Notes: generated by a model from the letters alone, not told the origin. Numbered from the stretch's first letter, positions 49,459 through 59,454 are shown. The stretch is 64,000 bases of DNA from an uncultured Veillonellaceae bacterium (GCA_963805085.1 CAWDTA010000002.1:832001-896000); one strand, 5' to 3'. Translations and numbers: made by a program.

Positions 49459-50307
49459 ATGATGATGAAAAATTATATGCTAGGGCTATATGAAAAATCC
49501 ATGCCAGAAACATTGACTTGGGAGGAAAAATTACAAGAGGCGAAAGTGGCCAATTTTGATTTTGTTGAAATGAGTATCGATGAAACTGATGCAAAATTGG
49601 CAAGGTTAGATATGACAAAAACTGAGAAAAAGCAGCTCTGTGAAGTGATGGAGACCGTTGGGATTCCCATTAGAACGATTTGCTTAAGTGGTCATCGTAA
49701 ATATCCGTTAGGCAGTAATGATGCAGAGACAAGGGTGAGAAGTTTAGAAATTATGGAAAAGGCAATCGATTTAGCCTGCGATTTAGGCGTAAGAATTATT
49801 CAACTTGCTGGCTATGATGTTTATTATGAAGAAGCTTCTGTGCAAACAAGAGCAGCGTTTGAAGAAAACCTTGCCAAATGTACCTTGATGGCAGCTAAAA
49901 AAGGTGTGCTATTGGGATTTGAAACAATGGAAACCGAGTTTATGAATACCATGAAGAAAGCAATGTATTATGTAAATAAAATAGATTCGCCGTATCTCCA
50001 TGTATATCCCGATGCAGGAAACCTTACGAATGCTGCAATGATGTATCAAACCGATCTTTTTGATGATATCAAAAGTGGTGCTGGACATATCGTTGCCTGT
50101 CATTTAAAAGAAACTGTCCCAGGAAAATATAGAGAAATACCATTTGGTTCAGGGCATGTTGATTTTAAGGCAATCGTTGATACTACTTGGACATTCGGTG
50201 TAAGGACGTATGTGGCAGAGTTTTGGTATACGGGCAGTGAATCGTGGCAAAGTGATTTAAAAGAGGTAAATCATTTTCTTTCGGCAAATTTTTTTGATAA
50301 AGTTTGA
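49459..50307 (+). CDS. ulaE: L-xylulose-5-phosphate 3-epimerase
   Basis: GLYEKS, EMSIDETD, CLSGHRKYPLGS, QLAGYDVYY and HLKET motifs. Confidence 0.94.
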   Translation: MMMKNYMLGLYEKSMPETLTWEEKLQEAKVANFDFVEMSIDETDAKLARLDMTKTEKKQLCEVMETVGIPIRTICLSGHRKYPLGSNDAETRVRSLEIMEKAIDLACDLGVRIIQLAGYDVYYEEASVQTRAAFEENLAKCTLMAAKKGVLLGFETMETEFMNTMKKAMYYVNKIDSPYLHVYPDAGNLTNAAMMYQTDLFDDIKSGAGHIVACHLKETVPGKYREIPFGSGHVDFKAIVDTTWTFGVRTYVAEFWYTGSESWQSDLKEVNHFLSANFFDKV

Positions 50308-50402
50308 TAAAATTTGATAAAATAATGATTGCAAACAAAGATGAAATGTAGTATTTATAGTATAGGAAGCAGTTCAAATTTAATGTAAGGAATGATCTAA
50401 CA

Positions 50403-51377
50403 TTGAGTAAAGTAAAAAAGATAGGTGTGTTAACAAGCGGTGGAGATTCCCCAGGAATGAATGCAGTTGTCAGGGCTGTTGTTAGAAGTGCAAAGGAATT
50501 TGGTTTAGAAGTAGTCGGTATTTGTCGAGGCTACAATGGCTTAATGAATGGTGATGTGATTAAGCTTGACAATCGATCCGTTGGTGACATTATCCAGCGT
50601 GGCGGTACGATGCTTTATACGGCACGTTGTTTAGAATTTATGGAACTTGCTGGACAAGAGCAGGGCTATAAAACTGCGCAGAAGCTTGGGATTGATGGGC
50701 TGGTTGTCGTTGGCGGAGATGGATCGTTTCGGGGGGCTGCGGCACTCAGTAAACTTGGACTCCCGACAGTGGGGATTCCTGGTACGATTGACAATGATAT
50801 TGTTTGTACCGATTACTCGATTGGTTTTGACACTGCCTGTAATATAGCAATGGAAGCAGTAGATAGATTGAGAGATACGACGCAAAGTCATGAAAAATGT
50901 AGTTTGGTAGAAGTTATGGGCCGGCACGCTGGACACTTAGCATTAAATGTTGGCGTGGCAACTGGAGCGACAGCAGTGTTGATACCAGAAAAAGAATATG
51001 ATCTAAAAAGAGATATTTCTGAGAAAATTTTAGCGGCGCAAAAATCCGGTAAAACGCATCACATTATTATTGTTGCGGAAGGCTGTAAAGACAATGTGGC
51101 TGAAATTGGCAAACAAATAGAGGCTGATACTGGCATTAGCTCACGCTTAACAGTCCTTGGACATATCCAACGTGGTGGTGCGCCAACCGTAATTGATCGG
51201 GTAAATGCAACTAAAATGGGCTATCATGCCGTAGAACTATTAAAAGAAGGTATCGGTAATCGGTTAGTTTCAATTAAAGATGACCATGTTGTAGACTTTG
51301 ACATCAAAGAAGGTCTAGCGATGAAAAAATCGATTGATGAAAAACTCTATAATGTTTGCCGTATCGTATCAAAATAA
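50403..51377 (+). CDS. pfkA: ATP-dependent 6-phosphofructokinase
   Basis: TSGGDSPGMN, GGDGS, PGTIDND, EVMGR and LGHIQRGG motifs. Confidence 0.95.
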   Translation: MSKVKKIGVLTSGGDSPGMNAVVRAVVRSAKEFGLEVVGICRGYNGLMNGDVIKLDNRSVGDIIQRGGTMLYTARCLEFMELAGQEQGYKTAQKLGIDGLVVVGGDGSFRGAAALSKLGLPTVGIPGTIDNDIVCTDYSIGFDTACNIAMEAVDRLRDTTQSHEKCSLVEVMGRHAGHLALNVGVATGATAVLIPEKEYDLKRDISEKILAAQKSGKTHHIIIVAEGCKDNVAEIGKQIEADTGISSRLTVLGHIQRGGAPTVIDRVNATKMGYHAVELLKEGIGNRLVSIKDDHVVDFDIKEGLAMKKSIDEKLYNVCRIVSK

Positions 51378-51393
51378 AATTTAAATGGAAGAT

Positions 51394-51428
51394 AAAAACC
51401 AGCATTAGATTACGAATGCTGGTTTTTT
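51394..51428 (+). terminator. intrinsic terminator after pfkA
   Basis: AAAAACCAGCATT/AATGCTGGTTTTT. Confidence 0.75.
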
Positions 51429-51621
51429 GTTTGCAGCTAGTAGTTTGACATTTTTTATAGTTTCGCTTATTATAAATTGCTTAGCAAGATGACTCAAGGC
51501 GAATATGGTGTAAAAATCTTTGCTAGGGGATTAAAACCCTAGCATTTATTATGGACTTCATGTTAGTAGATACTAACATAGTTATATTTGATGAATTTAT
51601 ATAAAAGGAGTAACAAGATTT

Positions 51622-52890
51622 ATGGGAGAAATGATTCCAATAGCGAAAAAAAAGAGTGAAATAGCAATAGAGCAACATGAGTTTGTTAAATCATTTACTA
51701 AGTATTTGCCAGTAATTTTAGGAGCTTTGGTTGCAATTGGACCATTATCGATTGATATGTATCTACCTGCATTGCCACAATTAGCAGGAGAATTTTCTAC
51801 GACAGCATCACTAGTGCAAATGAGTTTAACTGCTTGTTTGTTAGGCATGGCAGTAGGCCAAATGTTTGCAGGCCCGCTTAGTGATATTCAAGGAAGAAGA
51901 AACCCCTTGCTGTTGGGATTGGCTATTTTTTCGTTGGCATCTATTGCATGCGCTTTTTCAACATCAATATGGGTACTTTTGGGGTTACGATTGCTGCAAG
52001 GAATGGCTGGGTCAGCGGGGATTGTTATTGCTCGGGCAATTGCACGTGATTTGTACTCTGGATATGAGCTGACTAAATTTTTTGCTATGCTAATGCTCGT
52101 GAATGGAGTTGCTCCAATTGCTGCACCAGTACTAGGAGGCCAGATCTTAGCATTTTCCTCTTGGCGCGCGGTGTTTGTTACATTGACGGTAATTGGGCTA
52201 TTGCTCACGATTACAGTATTTTTCTTTGTAAAAGAAAGTTTATTAGTAGAAAATCGCCTAAGGGGTGGGGTAAAAAGCACATTAAAAACAGTAGAATCTT
52301 TAATCAGGCAACGTTATTTTATGGGACATTGCTTGATGCAAGGTTGTGCATTTTCAGCGTTATTTGCCTACATATCAGGTTCGCCCTTTGTATTGCAAAA
52401 TATTTATGAAGTATCCCCGCAAGTATTTAGTCTTGTTTTTGCAATCAATGGGATTGGGTTAATTATTGCAGGTCAGCTTACCGGACGATTATCAGGGAAA
52501 TTTTCTGATGTGAAATTATTAGAATTTGGTGTGATACTTGCTATTGTTGGTAGCACAGCCCTAATGTTGGGTACTTTTTTCAAAGGCAATGTATATACGA
52601 TTTTAGTACCGCTCTTTTTCACGGCTTCAAGTTTAGCAATTGTAGCTTCTAGTAGTTTTTCTCTAGCGATGCAGGAACAAGGCAAGATGGCAGGTAGTGC
52701 CGCTGCTTTAATTGGGTTCTTTTCTAATATATCAGGCGGTATTATGGCACCACTTGTAGGAATTGCTGGCAGCCATAACGCGATGCCAATGGGGGTGGTC
52801 ATCATGGTGAGTGAAATCTGTGCCGGAGTATGTTTTTGGTTTATGATCAAACCAGCTCATAAAAAGGCAAATAAAGTAGTGCCAGAATAA
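51622..52890 (+). CDS. Bcr/CflA-family MFS efflux transporter
   Basis: SIDMYLPALP, GPLSDIQGRR and APVLGG motifs. Confidence 0.9.
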   Translation: MGEMIPIAKKKSEIAIEQHEFVKSFTKYLPVILGALVAIGPLSIDMYLPALPQLAGEFSTTASLVQMSLTACLLGMAVGQMFAGPLSDIQGRRNPLLLGLAIFSLASIACAFSTSIWVLLGLRLLQGMAGSAGIVIARAIARDLYSGYELTKFFAMLMLVNGVAPIAAPVLGGQILAFSSWRAVFVTLTVIGLLLTITVFFFVKESLLVENRLRGGVKSTLKTVESLIRQRYFMGHCLMQGCAFSALFAYISGSPFVLQNIYEVSPQVFSLVFAINGIGLIIAGQLTGRLSGKFSDVKLLEFGVILAIVGSTALMLGTFFKGNVYTILVPLFFTASSLAIVASSSFSLAMQEQGKMAGSAAALIGFFSNISGGIMAPLVGIAGSHNAMPMGVVIMVSEICAGVCFWFMIKPAHKKANKVVPE

Positions 52891-52937
52891 AATATTGTCA
52901 AAAAGAAGCAAAATGCCAGCGGTAGGATCAGCTATTG

Positions 52938-53420
52938 CTAATATATCGTGTTATCAGATTTTATTCTGAATCGGTCAAAAGCTTTGATGGTTAAATGTCG
53001 ACAGTATTGTGTTAGTTTGAGAACGTTTTCATTCGTGCATTTACCTTCGATAAAATTGTAGATGAAATCATCTCTAAAACCTATCGAATCAGCATCTTTA
53101 CTGCTATTCCCATAGTAGATTGTTTTTATATTTGCCCAAATAGCAGCGCTTAGGCACATTGGGCAAGGATAACAAGAGGTGTATAAGATGCAATCTGTTA
53201 AGTGATAGCTTTTCATATTTTTACAGGCCATGCGAATGGCTTGAATTTCAGCGTGGCAAGTAGGATCATTATTTTTTAATACTTCGTTGTGACCAATTCC
53301 AATGATTTTTCCGCTTTTTACGATAATAGCACCAAAAGGGCCACCATCGTTTGTCGCTAAGTTGTTTTCTGATTCCAACGCGGCAATTTTCATGAAGCTT
53401 TCTTGGTTCATGTTAGTCAC
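52938..53420 (-). CDS. guaD: guanine deaminase (cytidine-deaminase fold)
   Basis: GGPFGA, DPTCHAE, PCPMCLSAAIWA, GFRDDFIY and terminal Tyr. Confidence 0.85.
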   Translation of the reverse strand: MTNMNQESFMKIAALESENNLATNDGGPFGAIIVKSGKIIGIGHNEVLKNNDPTCHAEIQAIRMACKNMKSYHLTDCILYTSCYPCPMCLSAAIWANIKTIYYGNSSKDADSIGFRDDFIYNFIEGKCTNENVLKLTQYCRHLTIKAFDRFRIKSDNTIY

Positions 53421-53779
53421 TCCTATTTTTTAGTATCAATAAATTAATATCTGCCCGATAAAAAATATTTTTATATTATACGTTATATGACACAAATCCT
53501 GTTTATTATAAATAAGGAAAAATTGTAGTGGAACCAAAGTTTGAAAATTCTAGTTTTTCTATGAAAAATAAATAATGTAAGTGTTAATAAGTATGCGTAG
53601 TTTTTATTGATTATGCAAAATGGGTGTTGCAAAAGGAACTTGTAACACCCATTTGTTATTTTATACAAATAAAGAAATAAAATACAAAGAACGTTTTATC
53701 ATAAAGAAATCGAAGAAAAGCAGGAAGAATGATATTTTTGTTAGAATATTACTTCAGATAGGTATAAGGGGGAGTTATT

Positions 53780-54088
53780 TTGTTTTCCCAGGAATCAGAT
53801 ATTGTCAAGACGATGCGACTGATTGAAGGCTTAAAAGCGGATTTGATAAATAATATAGGATCGCTTTATCAAGCGATGGCACAAAACAGTGAAGTTTCGA
53901 TAAAGGAAGCTTTGGCCAGAGTTATTATCCATAGCTATGTATTAGGAAAACGTCTTGGTATCGGATTTGCAGATTTGGATGAAACTATTGAACATAAATT
54001 AGATGATGCTAGCAGAAATAATGATGCTTTGGAAAATCGCTTTGGTGATTTTTCCAAGCTAAAGCGTTTTTTTGAACAGAAGAGGTGA
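53780..54088 (+). CDS. MazG-like family protein
   Basis: YVLGKRLGI motif; conserved position before yybS. Confidence 0.75.
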   Translation: MFSQESDIVKTMRLIEGLKADLINNIGSLYQAMAQNSEVSIKEALARVIIHSYVLGKRLGIGFADLDETIEHKLDDASRNNDALENRFGDFSKLKRFFEQKR

Positions 54089-54092
54089 AAGA

Positions 54093-55049
54093 ATGGAAAA
54101 TAGAAGAGTGAAACCAATGGTGGAAGGCGGCATTTTAGCGGCAATTGCTGTAGCGATGTCTTTAATTAGTATGTATGTCCCTATCATTGGTTCTTTCATG
54201 GCATTGATTTTGCCGCTGCCGATCATCGTATTGGTCGTAAGACACGGCGTGCGGTGGGGGATTATGTCAACTATTATTGCTGGAGTATTGATTTCGATGC
54301 TAATTAGCCCGTTGCAAGCGATTAGTATTGTGGTCGTTTGCGGTTTTATTGGTGTCGTGTTAGGATATACATACCGTAAAGGTTATAGTGCGGTACGGTG
54401 TTTGACTATTGGTTCGGTATCAGCAGTTGCCTCTATTTTAGTGGTGTTTGCTGTAAGTTTACTATTAATCAATGTCAATCCAATGAACATTCAGATGGAT
54501 ATGATGCAGCAGGCTTTTGAAGAATCATTGGCGGTGTATCGTGGTTCAGGGATGAGTGAAACGGAAATTGCTGATATTGCAGGTAAGTTTCAAACTGGCT
54601 TAGATACAGTGAAGCAACTTGTGCCAGTGACGGTTGTATTAGCGGGTTTATTCGAAACGTATATCAATTTTATTGTTGCTGGAGTAGTTTTAAGGCGTGT
54701 CGGGCATACGAATATTGTAATAATGCCACCGTTTAAGGAATGGAAATTACCTTGGGGCATCGTTTATATCTACGCATTTTCTTTAATTGGGATGTATTGG
54801 GGCTCTAGCCACGAGATACAAGTATTGCTTCAGACTTCGATGAATTTTAATATGTTCGCCAGTATTCTGGCCTTTATTCAAGGCCTTGCGCTTTTATTCT
54901 ATACGGCTGATAGATATCAATTGTCAAATTTTCTTCGTGGTATTATACTAATCTTAATATTAACGAGTGGCCTGTTTCAGGTAGTCGCATTGATAGGATT
55001 ATTTGACATTATATTTGATTATCGCAAGCGTTTTGCGCTAAAGGAGTAG
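54093..55049 (+). CDS. yybS: YybS (DUF2232) membrane protein
   Basis: Multiple TM helices, PPFKEWKLP, IQGL and GLFD..FDYR motifs; upstream of gdpP. Confidence 0.88.
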   Translation: MENRRVKPMVEGGILAAIAVAMSLISMYVPIIGSFMALILPLPIIVLVVRHGVRWGIMSTIIAGVLISMLISPLQAISIVVVCGFIGVVLGYTYRKGYSAVRCLTIGSVSAVASILVVFAVSLLLINVNPMNIQMDMMQQAFEESLAVYRGSGMSETEIADIAGKFQTGLDTVKQLVPVTVVLAGLFETYINFIVAGVVLRRVGHTNIVIMPPFKEWKLPWGIVYIYAFSLIGMYWGSSHEIQVLLQTSMNFNMFASILAFIQGLALLFYTADRYQLSNFLRGIILILILTSGLFQVVALIGLFDIIFDYRKRFALKE

Positions 55050-55084
55050 AGTTTCACGCAAAACGAAGAAATGGAGGTTTGATT

Positions 55085-57091
55085 ATGCCTCATAACTCGT
55101 CTACTTGGGTGGATATTCGTATCCACTTGGTTGTAGTAGTTGGTTTGTTATTGGTCATTATGATTTATAATAAATATGTTGCGTTTATTGGATTGATTCT
55201 TCTTATATCGCTTTTTGTTTATGGGCGGGAACGATGTAATGATCGGCAACAGGAGTTGGAATATTATTATAAAAATGTTATAAAAAACATCAATGAATTA
55301 TCTAATTATGCCATTGATAAATTACCAGTAGCGATTTTGATTGTTGGTAGTGATGGCCGTCTAAAGTGGTGTAATGAGGAACTTGCGCGTTGGTTGGGTA
55401 AAAAGCCGACCATCGGGACATCCATCCATAATTTTTGGGAAAAAATTATCATTGAGCCTATTTGGGGGAAAGATGGGGAATATGTTTTTCAAGCGGAAGA
55501 TAAGTTTTATCGCGTAAAGCACCGTCCGATTTTTAATGTTGACGATGTAGATGGTTTGATGGTTTTTTACATTACAGATGTAACAACTATTGAAAAACTG
55601 AAAACGGAAAAAATATTAAGTAAAGTAGTATTTAGTTATATTCAGATTGATAATTATGATGAAGTGTTGCAGGGATTAAATGAAGCGCAACGTACTGTAG
55701 TTTTAGTAGAAATCAATAAATGCTTAAATGAGTGGATTGGTTCGGTTGGCGCCTTTGTAAGACGGATATCAGATGATTTGTATATTGCGATTATGGATCG
55801 TCGGGCTTTAGATAAAACATTGAATGATAAATTTGATGTTTTAGATAGGGTGAGGGCTATTCATGCGGCAAATAAATTTCCAGTAACACTTAGTATGGGG
55901 GTTGCTGTTGGTGATGGCTTAACATTGTCTCAGCTCAGTGAGAATGCCAAAGCTGGTTTAGATTTAGCATTGGGTCGTGGTGGCGATCAAGTAGCTGCAC
56001 AGATTGATGGCAAAATGCAGTTTTATGGTGGCAAGTCAAAAGCCGTAGAAAAGCATACGAGGGTAAAAGCACGCGTTGTTGCCCATGCTTTGTATGAGAT
56101 TATTGAGAATTCGGATATGGTACTCATCATGGGGCATCATAACGAGGATTTTGATAGTCTAGGTTCGGCGATTGGTGTTGCTAAAATGGCACGTCATTTA
56201 GAAAAAGAAGTCCATATTGTATTGAGTGACATGAATGAGGGCGTAGATAAATTTATCGAGTTAACCAGGGACAACCCCGATTATGAAGGCTTGTTTGTCC
56301 TCGCAAGTGAAGTCAACAGTATCATGCCGATGAATGCAATTTTATTTGTTGTAGACACGCATATACCTGATATGACAGCAGCACCTAGTTTGTTAGATCG
56401 TGTAGACAATGTGATTGTGATTGATCATCATCGCCGGTCAGAAAACTTTATTGTTAGTCCGTTGCTCATCTATATTGAGCCATCCTCCTCATCAACGAGT
56501 GAACTGGTAACAGAGTTATTGATGTATTTTAGTGATGATGTTGACTTAAGCAAAATGGATGCGACAGCTCTTTATGCTGGCATTGTCGTAGATACGAAAA
56601 ACTTCGCGGTGCAAACAGGTGTGAGAACCTTTGATGCAGCTGCCTATTTAAGACGTTCTGGTGCAGATCCAGCGGTGGTGAGACACTTGTTTAGAATGGA
56701 TTATGAAAGTACGAGAGCAAAAGCGAGAGCTTTGAGTCGTGCTGAATTCTTAAAGGGTGGGCTCATTGTAACAAGTTGCCCAGAAAATACGCCCAATGCC
56801 CAAGTTACTGCCGCACAAATTGCGGATGCGATGTTACGCATTGAAGATGTGCGCATGAGTTTGGTATTGTTTCAATTGGATGGCGGCATTGGTATCAGCG
56901 CTCGGTCGACAGGTGAAATCAATGTACAAGTGATTATGGAACAGTTCGGTGGCGGTGGTCACCAAAATGTGGCTGGTGCCCAAGTAAATGATGTAGAGTT
57001 AGAAGAATTAAAACGCCAAGTTGTTGAACGTAGCGTTAACTATATTGAGGAGAGTGACCATAATGAAAGTAATTTTGCAACAAGAAGTTAA
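55085..57091 (+). CDS. gdpP: cyclic-di-AMP phosphodiesterase GdpP
   Basis: Two TM helices, PAS, degenerate GGDEF (ALGRGGDQ), DHH (IDHHRR) and DHHA1 (GGGGH). Confidence 0.94.
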   Translation: MPHNSSTWVDIRIHLVVVVGLLLVIMIYNKYVAFIGLILLISLFVYGRERCNDRQQELEYYYKNVIKNINELSNYAIDKLPVAILIVGSDGRLKWCNEELARWLGKKPTIGTSIHNFWEKIIIEPIWGKDGEYVFQAEDKFYRVKHRPIFNVDDVDGLMVFYITDVTTIEKLKTEKILSKVVFSYIQIDNYDEVLQGLNEAQRTVVLVEINKCLNEWIGSVGAFVRRISDDLYIAIMDRRALDKTLNDKFDVLDRVRAIHAANKFPVTLSMGVAVGDGLTLSQLSENAKAGLDLALGRGGDQVAAQIDGKMQFYGGKSKAVEKHTRVKARVVAHALYEIIENSDMVLIMGHHNEDFDSLGSAIGVAKMARHLEKEVHIVLSDMNEGVDKFIELTRDNPDYEGLFVLASEVNSIMPMNAILFVVDTHIPDMTAAPSLLDRVDNVIVIDHHRRSENFIVSPLLIYIEPSSSSTSELVTELLMYFSDDVDLSKMDATALYAGIVVDTKNFAVQTGVRTFDAAAYLRRSGADPAVVRHLFRMDYESTRAKARALSRAEFLKGGLIVTSCPENTPNAQVTAAQIADAMLRIEDVRMSLVLFQLDGGIGISARSTGEINVQVIMEQFGGGGHQNVAGAQVNDVELEELKRQVVERSVNYIEESDHNESNFATRS

Positions 57092-57509
57092 AAAGGTTGG
57101 TAAAAAAGGTGATATCTTAGAAGTTTCTGAAGGATATGCAAGAAATTTCTTGCTGCCAAAAGGCTATGCAGTCGCAGCAACGTCAACCAATTTAAATGCA
57201 GTCAACCAACAAAAAAAATCCGAAGAACGCAAGCAGCAGCAAGCGGTTGATGAAGCAACGCTTATGGCTGCCCAATTGAGTAAAATTGAAGTCTCCATTG
57301 CTGTGAAAATCGGTGAAGGTGGTAAATTATTTGGTTCAGTAACTGGTAAAGATATTGCGGATGCCTTGAAAAAAGACCATAATATCGATATTGATAAACG
57401 TAAAATTGAAGTAAAAGAAGGCATAAAAAGTCTCGGTGACTACGAAGCTGTCATCAAAGTGCACCCAGAAATCACAAGTAAAATTAAGGTACACATCATC
57501 GCAGGCTAG
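57063..57509 (+). CDS. rplI: 50S ribosomal protein L9
   Basis: MKVIL, GYARNFLLPKG and KLFGSVT motifs; overlaps the gdpP 3' end. Confidence 0.97.
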   Translation: MKVILQQEVKKVGKKGDILEVSEGYARNFLLPKGYAVAATSTNLNAVNQQKKSEERKQQQAVDEATLMAAQLSKIEVSIAVKIGEGGKLFGSVTGKDIADALKKDHNIDIDKRKIEVKEGIKSLGDYEAVIKVHPEITSKIKVHIIAG

Positions 57510-57522
57510 AAAGAGGAAGGTA

Positions 57523-59454
57523 ATGAAAAAATTTTTTAGTAAGCTTATCGGTAAAGGTCAAGATGAAGTAAAGATAGATAAGCAAGATCTGATCAATCGA
57601 CAAGTGACAGCCTTATATGGACTGTTATCTGATGTCATCGGTTCAGAAAAGCTGGTATTAAAAGCAGGAAAGTTAGATGCATTGGAACAAATGCGTTCAG
57701 AAAACGTTGCTGAAAGAGTACTTGCCTTGCAAAAGCTTGTACTAGAAAATCCAACGTTTGATAAATTACCTACAGCGGAAGAAATCCCAGAAATTTTAGA
57801 CGAGTTAGAAGAAGAAATCGCTGATTCTATGGCACGGCGTACCGTTGAAGATAAAATAGAAAAGAAAATTGTTGAAAAGATGGAAGAACGCCATCAAGAA
57901 TATATTCAAGAAATCCGCACGCAAGTTTTAAAAGATGAAAACAATGCGGAAAATCCACAAACATTAAGACGGTTTGAGGAGCTTGAAAAATTAGAAAGTA
58001 AAAAGCTGATGAAATCTGTGATGGAATTACTTCGGCCAGCGACGCTGGCTGAAGTTGTCGGGCAAGAGCGGGCGGTACAATCACTTCGCGCAAAACTTAG
58101 CTCGCCTTATCCACAGCATTTAATTCTCTATGGCCCACCTGGGGTTGGTAAGACAACGGCAGCACGTTTGGTGTTAGAGGAAGCACGCAAGGCAAAGTTT
58201 ACCCCATTTGAAGAAGATGCACCATTTGTGGAAACCGATGGTACGACGCTTCGTTGGGATCCGCGAGATATGACCAATCCGCTACTAGGTTCAGTGCATG
58301 ATCCAATTTATCAGGGCGCTAGGCGCGACCTTGCTGAAAGTGGAGTTCCCGAACCAAAAACGGGTTTGGTAACGGATGCCCATGGAGGAATTTTATTTAT
58401 TGACGAAATTGGCGAAATGGATTCTATGTTACAAAATAAGTTGTTAAAGATTCTCGAGGATAAACGAGCTTTCTTTGAATCGGCTTATTATGATCCATCA
58501 GATGAAACAGTTCCGAAATATATCAAAAAGTTATTTGAAGACGGTGCGCCAGCTGACTTTGTCTTGATTGGGGCGACGACCAGAGAAGCTGGCTATATTA
58601 ATCCAGCACTCCGTTCGCGTTGTGCGGAAATTTATTTTGAGCCACTTACGCCAAAACATATTGAGGCAATTGTTAAAAATGCGGCGGATAAACTCGAAGT
58701 TAAGATGGAAGATAATGTTGCTAGTTTAATCAGCGAATATACGATTGAAGGCCGTAAAGCGATCAATATCTTAGCGGATGCTTATAGTTTAGCCTTGCAA
58801 CGCCATGGTAATGACGAAACTGCCGATATTGTGATCAATACAGAAGATATCTACAAAGTGGTTCAAGTGAGCCGCTTATCTCAGTTCGTCATGCAAAAAG
58901 CTTCGGAAAAAGCGGAAATTGGTAAAGTTTTTGGCCTAGGGGTTTCGGGGTATCTTGGTTCGGTAATTGAGATTGAAGCGGTAGTTTTTCCTACCAGCGA
59001 AAAGGGCAAAGGCGCGATTCGCTTTAATCAAACCGCTGGTAGTATGGCAAAGGATTCGGTATTCAATGCAGCTGCAGTGGTGCGGAAAATCACTGGAGAA
59101 GATCTAAGTAACTACGATGCACATGTGAATGTGATCGGCGGAGGAAATATCGATGGTCCGTCAGCTGGAACCGCAATATTAACAGCACTTATTTCCGCAA
59201 TTACCAAACGGAAAGTTCGTCAAAATGTTGCAGTTACCGGTGAAATATCCATTCAAGGCAAAGTAAAACCTGTTGGTGGTGTGTTTGAAAAGGCCTATGG
59301 AGCAAAACAAGCTGGGATTACGACACTGATCATTCCTAAAGAAAATGCAAAAGATATTCCAGAAGGACATCTAGGGCTTGATATTCACATTGTAGAAACA
59401 GCTGAAGAAGCGTTTGAAGTGTTATTTGAGGACGAACATGCAGCCGAAAAGTGA
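57523..59454 (+). CDS. lonC: Lon-family ATP-dependent protease (LonC type)
   Basis: GPPGVGKT, FIDEIGE, DGPSAG and PVGGVFEK (Ser-Lys dyad); lies between rplI and the helicase gene. Confidence 0.88.
   Translation: MKKFFSKLIGKGQDEVKIDKQDLINRQVTALYGLLSDVIGSEKLVLKAGKLDALEQMRSENVAERVLALQKLVLENPTFDKLPTAEEIPEILDELEEEIADSMARRTVEDKIEKKIVEKMEERHQEYIQEIRTQVLKDENNAENPQTLRRFEELEKLESKKLMKSVMELLRPATLAEVVGQERAVQSLRAKLSSPYPQHLILYGPPGVGKTTAARLVLEEARKAKFTPFEEDAPFVETDGTTLRWDPRDMTNPLLGSVHDPIYQGARRDLAESGVPEPKTGLVTDAHGGILFIDEIGEMDSMLQNKLLKILEDKRAFFESAYYDPSDETVPKYIKKLFEDGAPADFVLIGATTREAGYINPALRSRCAEIYFEPLTPKHIEAIVKNAADKLEVKMEDNVASLISEYTIEGRKAINILADAYSLALQRHGNDETADIVINTEDIYKVVQVSRLSQFVMQKASEKAEIGKVFGLGVSGYLGSVIEIEAVVFPTSEKGKGAIRFNQTAGSMAKDSVFNAAAVVRKITGEDLSNYDAHVNVIGGGNIDGPSAGTAILTALISAITKRKVRQNVAVTGEISIQGKVKPVGGVFEKAYGAKQAGITTLIIPKENAKDIPEGHLGLDIHIVETAEEAFEVLFEDEHAAEK

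Noticed and set aside
53421-53520. Purine riboswitch upstream of guaD
   Set aside because: The minus-strand leader lacks the purine aptamer core
55050-55065. parS-like AGTTTCACGCAAAACG between yybS and gdpP
   Set aside because: Four mismatches to the consensus and broken symmetry
57021-57522. Long N-terminal extensions of rplI and lonC in the ORF track, suggesting frameshifts or fusions
   Set aside because: Internal ATGs with SD sequences (57063, 57523) give normal-length proteins
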